Of a stretch of 64,000 nt of DNA, positions 1 to 8,231 are shown piece after piece. The stretch covers positions 36,868 through 100,867 of the forward strand of contig CAMTUI010000018.1 in assembly GCA_947084985.1 (NCBI GenBank). The letters are read 5' to 3'. This DNA is from Methanobacteriota archaeon. Lineage in GTDB: Archaea; Thermoplasmatota; Thermoplasmata; RBG-16-68-12. The notes beneath the pieces are model-generated. The model was not told the origin of the DNA. It did not search any database and saw only the letters and a list, made by a program, of their open reading frames with translations. Both the position numbers and the translations under genes were made by a program. Numbering within the stretch: the first letter of the stretch is position 1; each line of letters begins with the position of its first letter.

Positions 1-60
1 GAGGCGACCATCGGCCTCCACGCACAAGTACCTTGTCGGGAGCTGGGTGCGCCGCCTGCT

Positions 61-3000
61 TCATCCCTCGCGTCGACGTCTTCGAAGGAAGACCAGCACG
101 ATTGCCAGCGTCCCAGCCACGGGAGCAGCGACTTCGTGGAATTCGGGCGCGTTAATCTGCGGCCCGCCTGCGACCTGCTGGGCAAGCGCGGGCGTCAGGA
201 CGGTCGCGTTCACGGGCGCGGTCACGTCCCCGAGTCCAGACCAGTCCGTCGCCGCGAAGACCATCTGTGTCTGGCTCGTGGCGAGGATCGATATGGAGCC
301 TTCGATGTCCGTCGCGGTCTTCGCGATCATCACGCCGGGATTCGACACGGTCGACCAGCGACCCGTCCAAGCAAAGAGGGTCCGCGAGGTGATACGACCC
401 GCTTGACCGCGGACCTCGAGGAGATAGTCCGCGTAGACCCCCCCAACGGGCTCGCCTGCGGTATCGGAGGCATTGACGTCAACGTACACACGCAGGATGT
501 CCTCCCCCGTCTGCCGGGGAAGCGGAACCGGCGGACCGGAGGATCCATTCCCACCGGGACTCGGTGGCACGCGAATGTGCCGCTCAGGCACCGTCCCATC
601 GAGCAGGACACCGGATACGGCCACGTGGAAGAACGATATCGATGTATTCACAGCCGCACCGGCTCGGACGATGTCCACGTCTGCGTTGTTGATTGGCGCC
701 GCGTCGGTGTCCAGCGTGTCGACGAAGAGCCAGTCCACGAACAGCCCGTCGATTCGTATGTCTGCAGGAGGAGCGATAACGTATGCGCGCGCCGGCTCTC
801 CTCGCACGACGACGGGGCGCGGTGCCTGGGCGCCGATCACACGGACCTCGATGACATCGCCCGGGGAAAGACCCGGGGCCGCGACGGACACGATAATCGT
901 GTCGGTCGGCCGGCCCTGGGACAAGGTCACAGATTCCGCTGAAAGGGAGGTCGTGATTCCGGGCGTCGTGTTGAAGAGGAACGAGGAGACCGTCCAAGTG
1001 TCAGCCGCGGAGATCCCTAGAGCTCGCACGCGAATTTCGACGAAACTGCTGGGTGCGCTCCCGATGACCGCCGTGAGGGGACGTGGTTCGAGCAGCACGG
1101 CGCCCCCGAACGGGCTCAGGGGAGCGGCGCCACGACTCGTGGCGCCCTGGAAATTCGTGGTGTAGACTTCAATCCGATATGCGTCGGAATCGAACCGGCC
1201 GATGTCGAACGTAGAAATTTCCGCCTCGAGGCCCAGCGCGGATGCAGCTGCGACCACACGGCCCGATGACTGACGCCTGCTCCAGTTCAGTTCGGCATCG
1301 GCGGGGAAGACATAGAGCCGAGCGCCCGCCACCGAGTTGTTCCCTCCGAACACTTCGACCACGGCATCCGCGCCGAGATCCCGGAATGCGAATCCCGTGG
1401 AGGGATTGCCGTCCGCGTCGATGAGGAAGTAGAACCCGTCATAGCCAGCCGAGTCGCCGAACGTGGACCCGGACGCGGACGCGTACAGGAACAAGCTGTC
1501 GCGGTCAAGGAGGGCCGCATAACGGGAAATGGAGACATTCGGATCGGGCGCGGGACTCGCCGCGTCGAGGGCGGGGACGGAGGCCCAGTCGGAGAAGACT
1601 CCGTCGATCACGATCGGAGAATAGGGCGTCGGAGTGGGCGCGAAAAGACTGGTCCCGATGACGAGCGCGACCAACACGCCGGCGGCGATGAGTCCATAGC
1701 GGACCCGGCGGGATCGCCGCGTCCTGCGACTGCGAACCTTAAGTTGGGCTCCGGGAACAAGCGCGGAACCATTCACGCGGCCCTGTGGGCTGACGAGACC
1801 GTTGACGCGGCCCTGGCCCTGCACGAGTCCGTTCACGCGGCCCGTGCCGTTCACGAGGCCATTGACCCGCCCAACTCCGTTGACGAGCCCGTTCACCCGG
1901 CCGACGCCGTTGACGAGTCCGTTCACGCGTCCGCTGCCGTTCACGAGGCCGTTCACTTTGCCCGCCTTGCCGCGCCGAGGGCGTTTCGGACCCAAGCCGC
2001 TGACGAGACCCTTACTCCCTCGCATCCAGCTGGAGATGAAGCCGACCGACGACGCCATGGGGGACGGCTCCGCGGGCTTCTGCGCGGCCCGCTTCTTCAC
2101 CGGGAATTCCGTCAGGGCGTCCGAGCCCATGGATGCCTCGAGCTCTTCGATCAGCCAGTCGAGCACCGCGGCCTTCGTCCGCTCGAGCTCTTCGGGGGTC
2201 AAGGACTCTTCGAGCTCCCCGACGAGAAGGTCGTCGACGAGGAGATCGAGCTCCACGTTCTCCTGGGACGGCGGCGCCTCCTGTGTGGCCTCCGGCCCCG
2301 GAGCTCCGACGGGGTTGCCGCAGGAGGGGCACGCGGTCGCGTCCTTCGGGAGGGGCGCCCCGCATCGGGCGCACTCCACGCCAACGTTCGTGATCAGATG
2401 GTCGAGCTCGGCGACCTCCTGCTCCCAAGCCGCGTCGTCCACGAGGGAGCGGGCGGTCGACCGCAGCTGCTCCGCGCCCTGGGGGGCCTGCGCCAGCCTC
2501 GCTCGGAGGCGGAGCTGTGCGACCTTGTATTTCTTCGCGTCCGGCGCTAGTCGGGCGGCTTCGTCCAATGATGCAATCGCTTCGTCCGCGCGACCGATTG
2601 ACTCGAACAGGAGGCCCCTCGCGTACCAGAAGTCTGCGTTCGACGGCACCTCCTCAATCTTCCGATTGTAGAAGGACAGGAGGGCCTCGAATCCCTCCGC
2701 GTCGAGTTCCTTGCGGATTGATTCGTCCATCTCCTCTTCGTCGAACGTCGTGCCGCATTCAAGGCACGCGGGCGAGAACGCGGAGGTGAGGCATCGGCAC
2801 AGAGGGCACTCGTACTCGTCCTGCTCGATCTGCTCCTTCGTCCGCTGCGGTGGCTGATAGTTCAGGAGATGCAGGGAGGCGGTGATCTTGCGGGCGGCGA
2901 CCGGACCGACCTCCGGGATCCGCGCGAGTTCCGCCTCCGGGGCCCGGGCGATCTTCCAGATGGCGTTGTAGCCTCGGTCGATCAGGGCGCGCGCACGGGC

Positions 3001-3363
3001 CGCGTCGACGCCCAGGATCCGGAGCATCTCCTCCACGGCCCGCGCGTCGTACTCGGACCGGATCCGGCGCTTCGGGCGTTCGTTCGGCGGTAGAGAGAGC
3101 GTGGGCGCAGGTGAGGGCGGGGGCGTCGGAACATCCTTGTCAGGATCCGCAGAGGCCCCGGGGGCCGGGAAGCGGGAGTGGCACTGTTCGCAGATCAGCT
3201 GCCATGCGTTGAACGTGCCGCACTCCGGGCAGGCCGCGGCCCACTCGAGCTGGCGGGCATCCCGGAGGATCGACGCCGCGCCGCACGTGTCGCACAGGAT
3301 CAGAGGGACGGTCTTGCCGCCGCACGACGAGCATGCGGGTAGGTCCTCCGGCCAGAAGGTCAT
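61..3363 (-). CDS. Large modular membrane protein: cytoplasmic head with 4 zinc ribbons, HhH-like motif and TPR; decapeptide-repeat linker; TM helix; ~500-aa ectodomain; C-terminal TM plus poly-Arg tail. No confident family name.
   Basis: 1100-aa ORF from the track. CxxC..CxxC pairs at aa 11-27, 45-61, 186-203 and 331-348. 'ELARIPEVGPVAARKI' is HhH-like; aa ~225-280 are TPR-like. TM 'YGLIAAGVLVALVIGTSLFA' (aa 556-575) follows RSRRTRRSRR. Two 'IDGxFxDW' ectodomain modules. Tail 'PEFHEVAAPVAGTLAIVLVFLRRRRREG'. Confidence 0.8.
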   Translation of the reverse strand: MTFWPEDLPACSSCGGKTVPLILCDTCGAASILRDARQLEWAAACPECGTFNAWQLICEQCHSRFPAPGASADPDKDVPTPPPSPAPTLSLPPNERPKRRIRSEYDARAVEEMLRILGVDAARARALIDRGYNAIWKIARAPEAELARIPEVGPVAARKITASLHLLNYQPPQRTKEQIEQDEYECPLCRCLTSAFSPACLECGTTFDEEEMDESIRKELDAEGFEALLSFYNRKIEEVPSNADFWYARGLLFESIGRADEAIASLDEAARLAPDAKKYKVAQLRLRARLAQAPQGAEQLRSTARSLVDDAAWEQEVAELDHLITNVGVECARCGAPLPKDATACPSCGNPVGAPGPEATQEAPPSQENVELDLLVDDLLVGELEESLTPEELERTKAAVLDWLIEELEASMGSDALTEFPVKKRAAQKPAEPSPMASSVGFISSWMRGSKGLVSGLGPKRPRRGKAGKVNGLVNGSGRVNGLVNGVGRVNGLVNGVGRVNGLVNGTGRVNGLVQGQGRVNGLVSPQGRVNGSALVPGAQLKVRSRRTRRSRRVRYGLIAAGVLVALVIGTSLFAPTPTPYSPIVIDGVFSDWASVPALDAASPAPDPNVSISRYAALLDRDSLFLYASASGSTFGDSAGYDGFYFLIDADGNPSTGFAFRDLGADAVVEVFGGNNSVAGARLYVFPADAELNWSRRQSSGRVVAAASALGLEAEISTFDIGRFDSDAYRIEVYTTNFQGATSRGAAPLSPFGGAVLLEPRPLTAVIGSAPSSFVEIRVRALGISAADTWTVSSFLFNTTPGITTSLSAESVTLSQGRPTDTIIVSVAAPGLSPGDVIEVRVIGAQAPRPVVVRGEPARAYVIAPPADIRIDGLFVDWLFVDTLDTDAAPINNADVDIVRAGAAVNTSISFFHVAVSGVLLDGTVPERHIRVPPSPGGNGSSGPPVPLPRQTGEDILRVYVDVNASDTAGEPVGGVYADYLLEVRGQAGRITSRTLFAWTGRWSTVSNPGVMIAKTATDIEGSISILATSQTQMVFAATDWSGLGDVTAPVNATVLTPALAQQVAGGPQINAPEFHEVAAPVAGTLAIVLVFLRRRRREG
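1768..1962 (-). repeat. Imperfect 30-bp tandem repeat (~6.5 units) inside the CDS, encoding (G-[RK]-V-N-G-L-V-N-G-x)n
   Basis: Protein aa 468-532 read GKVNGLVNGS GRVNGLVNGV GRVNGLVNGV GRVNGLVNGT GRVNGLVQGQ GRVNGLVSPQ GRVNG. The DNA shows the matching gttcacg/gttgacg periodicity. Confidence 0.9.
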
Positions 3364-3522
3364 CCGAAGGGGCCCCGGGACCGGACGACGCAGACCGCGC
3401 GGACTGGTGGAAAGGATGCCCTCTCATTGCAGCGAAATCCTGCGACCATTTCGCGTCGCCTTTCGGCTCTCAGGCTTTATACTCCATTATGGACTTTCCC
3501 ACGCAGTTATCATAGGGGATTG

Positions 3523-4599
3523 GTGGAATTGGAGCGTGCCGTCATCCTCTGCGACGGGTATTTCGGGCAGAGCACGGGGAAGACGGCGAACGGACTGGTC
3601 CGGTTTTCGAAACGCTATCAGATCGTCGGCGTGATCGACCGCACGAAGGCGGGCCGCGACGCGGGGGAGGTCCTCGACGGCGCGCCGACGGGGATTCCGA
3701 TTGTTAGCGACGTGGCCGAGGCGGTCGAGCGATGCCGTCCGGAGACGTTAATCATCGGCGTCGCCACGTTCGGGGGGTACATCCCGAAGGAGTTTCGGCC
3801 GATCATCCGCCAGGCAATCGAGAACCGCCTGAACGTCGTCGCGGGCCTCCACGAGTACCTGACGGATGACCCGGAGTTCTCTGCGCTCGCCCGGGAACAC
3901 GGCGTCCGGCTCCTCGACGTCCGCCGACCGCGGCCGATCCGCGAAGCGAAGCAATTCAGCGACCTCGCGAGGAAGCTCCCGTGCGTCCGCATCCCGGTTC
4001 TCGGGACGGACGGCGCGATCGGCAAGAGGACGACGGCCCTGCTCCTCACGGACGCCCTCATGGCCGCCGGAATCCGCGCGGCGTTCGTCGCGACGGGACA
4101 GACCGGGCTCCTCCAGGGGTCCGAATACGGCGTGCCGCTCGATTCGATCAAAGGGGACTTCATGGTAGGCGAACTCGAAGCGGAGATCGTCCGCGCGTAC
4201 GCCGAGACGAAGCCCGAGGTGGTCATCGTCGAGGGCCAGGGGAGCATCTCCCACCCCGCCTACGTCTGCGGTACGCGCGCGATCCTCATGGCCTCCATGC
4301 CTTCGGGGATCCTGATGATGCACGCGCCCGCGCGCAAGACGCGTTCGTTCCGACGGGACGTCGTCGCGTGGCCCATGCCGACCGTGGACGAGGAGGTCCG
4401 CTGGCTCGAGTTCTTCTCCCGGGGAGCGAAGGTCTTTGGGATTGGTCTCAATCATGAGAACATGACGCGGGAACAGGTCGAATCGACCGTCGTGGAGTAC
4501 GAGCGGACGTACGGCCTCCCGACCGCGGATCCGCTGTGGCACGGATGCGGCAAGTTCATCGGACGGATCCGGGGGATGCTGTCAACTACCACCCGTTGA
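3523..4599 (+). CDS. DUF1611 / COG3367-family protein, function unknown
   Basis: Track ORF 3427..4599. The conserved part starts at 'VELERAVILCDGYFGQSTGKTANG' and includes 'GTDGAIGKRTT' and 'VIVEGQGS'. I prefer GTG 3523 (or TTG 3520) as the start because a TATA-like CTTTATAC lies at 3475-3482 and GGGGA just upstream; the first 32 aa of the track ORF look non-coding. Confidence 0.75.
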   Translation: MELERAVILCDGYFGQSTGKTANGLVRFSKRYQIVGVIDRTKAGRDAGEVLDGAPTGIPIVSDVAEAVERCRPETLIIGVATFGGYIPKEFRPIIRQAIENRLNVVAGLHEYLTDDPEFSALAREHGVRLLDVRRPRPIREAKQFSDLARKLPCVRIPVLGTDGAIGKRTTALLLTDALMAAGIRAAFVATGQTGLLQGSEYGVPLDSIKGDFMVGELEAEIVRAYAETKPEVVIVEGQGSISHPAYVCGTRAILMASMPSGILMMHAPARKTRSFRRDVVAWPMPTVDEEVRWLEFFSRGAKVFGIGLNHENMTREQVESTVVEYERTYGLPTADPLWHGCGKFIGRIRGMLSTTTR

Positions 4600-4604
4600 A
4601 ACGG

Positions 4605-4885
4605 GGGGCTTGTAACTGTGCTCAACCAGGTTTCGAGGCTTGATGTCATGGCACGCTACGATTGGCCGGTTGACGTCGGGGCTGCCAGCCCCCAGTCGCT
4701 CTTGCGACGGCGGCCTGGCTTGGAGGGAACGCGTCAAAGGCATTTCCGCCCCGCCATTGCTGGCGACGTGCCCTCCGAGCCGATGCATGTGCGGGCGGCA
4801 CTTCAACCGTCTCTCTCCCGGTCGGAACCGGGAGTGCCTTACCTTCCGAGACGTGTCTCGGCGGGTGGCCACCGGATGTACATCC
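4605..4885 (-). ncRNA. Candidate structured non-coding RNA of unresolved identity; strand and ends are tentative
   Basis: The 386-bp gap has no credible ORF. Read on the minus strand it gives many nested GC helices, including GCCA-GCAA-UGGC (GNRA loop), GGGGCG-GAAA-UGCCUU, GUCGC-AAGA-GCGAC, GGGGC-UGGCA-GCCCC, CUCCCGG-UUCCGA-CCGGGAG, and the long-range pair GGAGGG/CCCUCC. The AT-rich box at 4901-4910 could act as a minus-strand TATA about 25 nt upstream. Confidence 0.3.
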
Positions 4886-4900
4886 CATCATTCTCCCCGC

Positions 4901-4910
4901 GATATTTAAT
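4901..4910. promoter_or_regulatory. TATA-like AT box (GATATTTAAT), possibly bidirectional
   Basis: It is the only AT-rich decamer in a GC-rich gap. It lies ~26 nt upstream of the base of the 4936-4977 hairpin (plus strand) and ~25 nt upstream of the candidate minus-strand RNA. Confidence 0.4.
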
Positions 4911-4935
4911 CCCTCACAGAGGTGGGCTGAACGTG

Positions 4936-4977
4936 CTCCACTTCCTCCCCCCGATGAATCGGGGGGTCTCCGTGGAG
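4936..4977 (+). promoter_or_regulatory. Stable two-tier hairpin forming the predicted 5' leader of the phosphopantothenate synthetase gene
   Basis: CUCCAC (4936-4941) pairs with GUGGAG (4972-4977). These enclose CCCCCCGA-UGAA-UCGGGGGG (4947-4966). The ATG at 4986 is 9 nt downstream. Confidence 0.5.
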
Positions 4978-4985
4978 ATGGGTTT

Positions 4986-5786
4986 ATGAAGATCCCGCGG
5001 TCCCACCCCCGCTACGAATCGCTCATGCGGCGGGAGCGGCTCGTGCGCGCGTGGAAGTCGGGCGTCGTCGTGCCGGAAGGGCTCATCGCGCACGGCCGCG
5101 GCGAGGCCTTCGACTACCTGTTCGGCGAGGAGTCGAGCGCGCCCGCGCTCGTTGCGGAGAAGGCGGCCGCCGCGTTCCTGCTATCCGCGAACCGACCAGT
5201 GATCTCCGTGAACGGGAACGTCGCGGCCCTCGCCTCGAAGGAGGTCGTGCGGCTCGCGAAGGCCATTCCCGCAAGAATCGAGGTGAACGTGTTCCACCGG
5301 TCCGAGGCGCGAATTCGCCGCATCGCGGCTTCCCTCCAGAAGGCCGGGGCGAGAGACGTGCTCGGACCGCAGCCGAACGCCCGGATTCCGGGTCTCGACT
5401 CGAAGCGAGCCCTTTCCCACCGCGACGGCGTGTTCGGCGCGGACGTCGTGCTGGTACCCCTCGAGGATGGTGATCGGGCGGAGGCGCTCGTGCGGATGGG
5501 GAAGACCGTCATCAGCGTCGATCTGAATCCGCTGTCCCGGACCTCTCAGAAGGCGACCATCCCCGTGGTCGATGAGCTGAGCCGCGCACTCGTGAAGATC
5601 GAGCGCTTCGTCCGGGAACTCCGGGAAGACCCCAGCGAGGTTTCGAGGATCCGAAAGGCCTATGACCGGAAGGGCAACCTCGGCGCCGTGTACTCGTTCC
5701 TCGAGTGGCGCCTGGCGCGTCTCCGCCGAGGACGTGTCCGTGGAGAGAGAGCATCGCACCGACGGAAACGATCGTCGAACGACTGA
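4986..5786 (+). CDS. 4-phosphopantoate--beta-alanine ligase (archaeal phosphopantothenate synthetase, COG1701)
   Basis: N-terminus 'MKIPRSHPRYESLMRRERLVRAWKSGVVVPEGLIAHGRGEAFDYLFGE' matches the archaeal PPS family as I recall it. 266 aa. Confidence 0.8.
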   Translation: MKIPRSHPRYESLMRRERLVRAWKSGVVVPEGLIAHGRGEAFDYLFGEESSAPALVAEKAAAAFLLSANRPVISVNGNVAALASKEVVRLAKAIPARIEVNVFHRSEARIRRIAASLQKAGARDVLGPQPNARIPGLDSKRALSHRDGVFGADVVLVPLEDGDRAEALVRMGKTVISVDLNPLSRTSQKATIPVVDELSRALVKIERFVRELREDPSEVSRIRKAYDRKGNLGAVYSFLEWRLARLRRGRVRGERASHRRKRSSND

Positions 5787-5880
5787 AGGAGCGCCAGCGA
5801 AAGGACAGTCGGCCCGGGTTCGTCGCCGCCGGTCCAAGCGTGTCCAGTCGCGAGTCGCACGATCAGGGCGAGCCTCGAGC

Positions 5881-6441
5881 TCAACGCCAGTGGCCGGCTT
5901 TCCATTTAACCGAGCAGCCCATCGGGGGCACGAACGTCACGGTCGGGTCGAGGCCCGCAATCAGTGCGTCTAGGACCTCCCGCACGATCTGTTGCTTCAC
6001 GCCCTTCGGATCCTTTGAATCGTCGAGCTTGCCGCGATACCGGAGCTTCCTCGACGCATCGAAGACGAAGAAATCGGGCGTGCAAACGCCCCCGTAGGCC
6101 TCGGCGGATTTCTGACTCTCGTCGCGGAGGTACGGGAAGTTGTAGCCCTTCCTCTTCGCCCGCTCGACCATGTGCGGGAAATGGTCCTCGGGATAGCTGA
6201 CTTCGTCGTTCGCATTGATCATCACGAACTGCACGCCTCGCGAGGCGTAGTCCCGCTGCACGGCGATCGTGCGGTCCTCCCACGCCTGAACGTAGGGGCA
6301 GTGATTGCACCAGAACGCCACGACGAGGATGGGCTTGTCGCGGAACGATCCGAGGGAGTACGTCTTGCCGTCGACCGCGGGCAAGGAGAAATCCGGCGCG
6401 GACGAGCCGAGCGGTAGGCCTTGATACTGCGTCAGTTCCAT
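5881..6441 (-). CDS. Thioredoxin-fold thiol-disulfide oxidoreductase (redoxin/TlpA-like)
   Basis: Contains 'ILVVAFWCNHCPYV' (CxxC). I trimmed the start to ATG 6441 (MELTQYQG...) because the longer track ORF would overlap pyrG and its extension is low-complexity. Confidence 0.8.
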   Translation of the reverse strand: MELTQYQGLPLGSSAPDFSLPAVDGKTYSLGSFRDKPILVVAFWCNHCPYVQAWEDRTIAVQRDYASRGVQFVMINANDEVSYPEDHFPHMVERAKRKGYNFPYLRDESQKSAEAYGGVCTPDFFVFDASRKLRYRGKLDDSKDPKGVKQQIVREVLDALIAGLDPTVTFVPPMGCSVKWKAGHWR

Positions 6442-6604
6442 TGGGACACGAGGGTTCACCAAGACCGCGGCGGCGTTAAACCTTTTGCCCCTCTCCGAGA
6501 TCCGTGCGCGCGAGACGCCGCCCGACACACGATGCCTACGTTTCCTGATCGAAGACACAAACTTTATGTGCGACGCGCCGGATGGACCAATCCCGTGATT
6601 TGAC

Positions 6605-8191
6605 GTGAAATTTGTTATCGTCACGGGAGGCGTTTTGTCAGGGCTCGGGAAGGGCATCTCCAGCTCGTCCATCGGAGTCCTGCTCAAGTCCAAGGGACTG
6701 AAGGTCTGTCCGATCAAGATCGATCCCTACCTGAACGTCGACGCAGGCACGATGAATCCGTACCAACACGGGGAGGTATTCGTCCTCGATGACGGCTCGG
6801 AGGTCGACCTGGATCTGGGCAACTACGAGCGGTTCTTAGATGTGAATCTCACCGGGGACCACAACATCACGACGGGCAAGGTCTACCGAGTGGTGATCGA
6901 GAAGGAGCGGCGCGGGGACTACCTCGGGAAGACCGTCCAGATCATCCCGCACGTGACGGACGAGATCAAAGCGGAGATCCGCGCGGTCGGGGAGAAGGAG
7001 GGCGCGGACATCGTGCTCATCGAGGTCGGTGGGACGGTCGGGGACATCGAGGGGATGCCCTTCCTCGAGGCGGTGCGGCAGCTGAGCCAGGAGGAGGGGA
7101 AGGAGAACGTCCTGTTCGTGCACACGACCCTCGTCCCGATCATGGGCGCCGTCGGGGAGCAGAAGACGAAGCCGACGCAGCAGAGCGTGCGCGAACTGAG
7201 ATCGATGGGGATCCAGCCGAGCGTGATCATCGCGCGGGGCGAGCGGTCCCTGGACCCGGAGATCAAGAAGAAGATCGCGTTCTTCTGCGACGTCCCCGTG
7301 GAGGGTGTCGTGAGCGCCCCGGACGCATCGACGATCTACGACGTGCCCCTCCTGTTCGACGGCCAGGGCCTTACGGAGTACGTCATGAAGACGCTCCACC
7401 TCGAACCGCGATCCGAGGACATGGCAGAGTGGAAGGACTACCTCGAGAAACTCAAGAGTCCGGAGAAGGACGTGACCATCGCCCTCGTGGGGAAGTACAC
7501 CCATCTGAAGGACTCGTACATCAGCCATATCGAGGCGTTCCACCACGCTGCGGCGCACGCCCGCGCGAGTGTGACGATCCGCTGGGTCGAATCCGTCGAT
7601 ATCGAGCGGAAAGGCGTGAAGATCCTCGAGGGCGCGGATGGAATCCTCGTCCCCGGCGGGTTCGGGGACCGGGGGATCGAGGGGAAGATCGCCGCAACCC
7701 GTTATGCGGCGGAGAACGACGTCCCCTTCCAGGGCGTGTGCCTCGGATTCCAGCTCGCCACGGTCGGGTTTGCGCGCCAGGCATTGGGCCTGAAGGATGC
7801 GAACAGCTCCGAGTTCAATCCGAAGACGCCGCATCCCGTCGTGGACCTGCTCCCGGAGCAGCGGAGCGTGAAAGACATGGGCGCCACGATGCGCCTCGGA
7901 GCCCATGAGATCCTCCTGGACCCGAGCTCCACGGCCGCGAAGCTGTACGGCTCCACGACGATCTACGAACGCCATCGACATCGGTACGAGATCAACCCGG
8001 CGTACATCGCAAAGCTGGAAGACGCCGGGCTCAAGTACGTCGGTCGGTCCGACAGCGGACGCCGGATGGAAGTCCTCGAGCTCCAGGGACACCGGTACTT
8101 CATCGCGTCCCAGTTCCATCCGGAGCTGCGTTCGCGACCCCTGCGGCCGTCCCCGATCCATCTCGGCCTCGTTCGCGCGGCCGGGTCCTAG
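6605..8191 (+). CDS. pyrG: CTP synthase
   Basis: GTG start. '[17 protein letters not shown]', 'GVCLGFQ' (glutaminase Cys) and 'FHPE'. 528 aa, full length. Confidence 0.97.
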   Translation: MKFVIVTGGVLSGLGKGISSSSIGVLLKSKGLKVCPIKIDPYLNVDAGTMNPYQHGEVFVLDDGSEVDLDLGNYERFLDVNLTGDHNITTGKVYRVVIEKERRGDYLGKTVQIIPHVTDEIKAEIRAVGEKEGADIVLIEVGGTVGDIEGMPFLEAVRQLSQEEGKENVLFVHTTLVPIMGAVGEQKTKPTQQSVRELRSMGIQPSVIIARGERSLDPEIKKKIAFFCDVPVEGVVSAPDASTIYDVPLLFDGQGLTEYVMKTLHLEPRSEDMAEWKDYLEKLKSPEKDVTIALVGKYTHLKDSYISHIEAFHHAAAHARASVTIRWVESVDIERKGVKILEGADGILVPGGFGDRGIEGKIAATRYAAENDVPFQGVCLGFQLATVGFARQALGLKDANSSEFNPKTPHPVVDLLPEQRSVKDMGATMRLGAHEILLDPSSTAAKLYGSTTIYERHRHRYEINPAYIAKLEDAGLKYVGRSDSGRRMEVLELQGHRYFIASQFHPELRSRPLRPSPIHLGLVRAAGS

Positions 8192-8231
8192 CCCGCAACC
8201 TTTAAACCGGACCCGCCCCTGGGCGTCGGTC

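Noticed and set aside
1768-1962. The tandem repeat as a CRISPR array or minisatellite.
   Set aside because: Units are contiguous with no spacers, in frame, and encode a conserved decapeptide inside a long ORF. No other spaced repeats were seen anywhere in the window.
4600-4985. Calling the structured gap RNase P RNA or SRP (7S) RNA outright.
   Set aside because: I tried both strands. 'GGGGGGAGGAAGUGGAGC' and 'ACAGAGGUGGGCUGAAC' superficially recall CR-I and CR-V, but they lie on opposite strands or in the wrong order and cannot form P4. No helix-8 GGAA/AGCA SRP54 site was found, and the two GNRA hairpins are too short for SRP helices 6 and 8. The element is left as an unidentified candidate.
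6836-8161. 441-aa ORF antisense to pyrG, and similar very long alternative-frame or antisense ORFs: 8910..10610 (566 aa), 9322..11391 (689 aa), 18246..19874 (542 aa), 32871..34130 (419 aa), 37785..40325 (846 aa), 45596..46747 (383 aa), 47534..48616 (360 aa).
   Set aside because: Their translations are Arg/Pro/Gly/Asp/His-rich low-complexity strings with no motifs. Each one overlaps a strongly conserved gene on the other strand or frame. Long stop-free shadow frames are expected in DNA this GC-rich.
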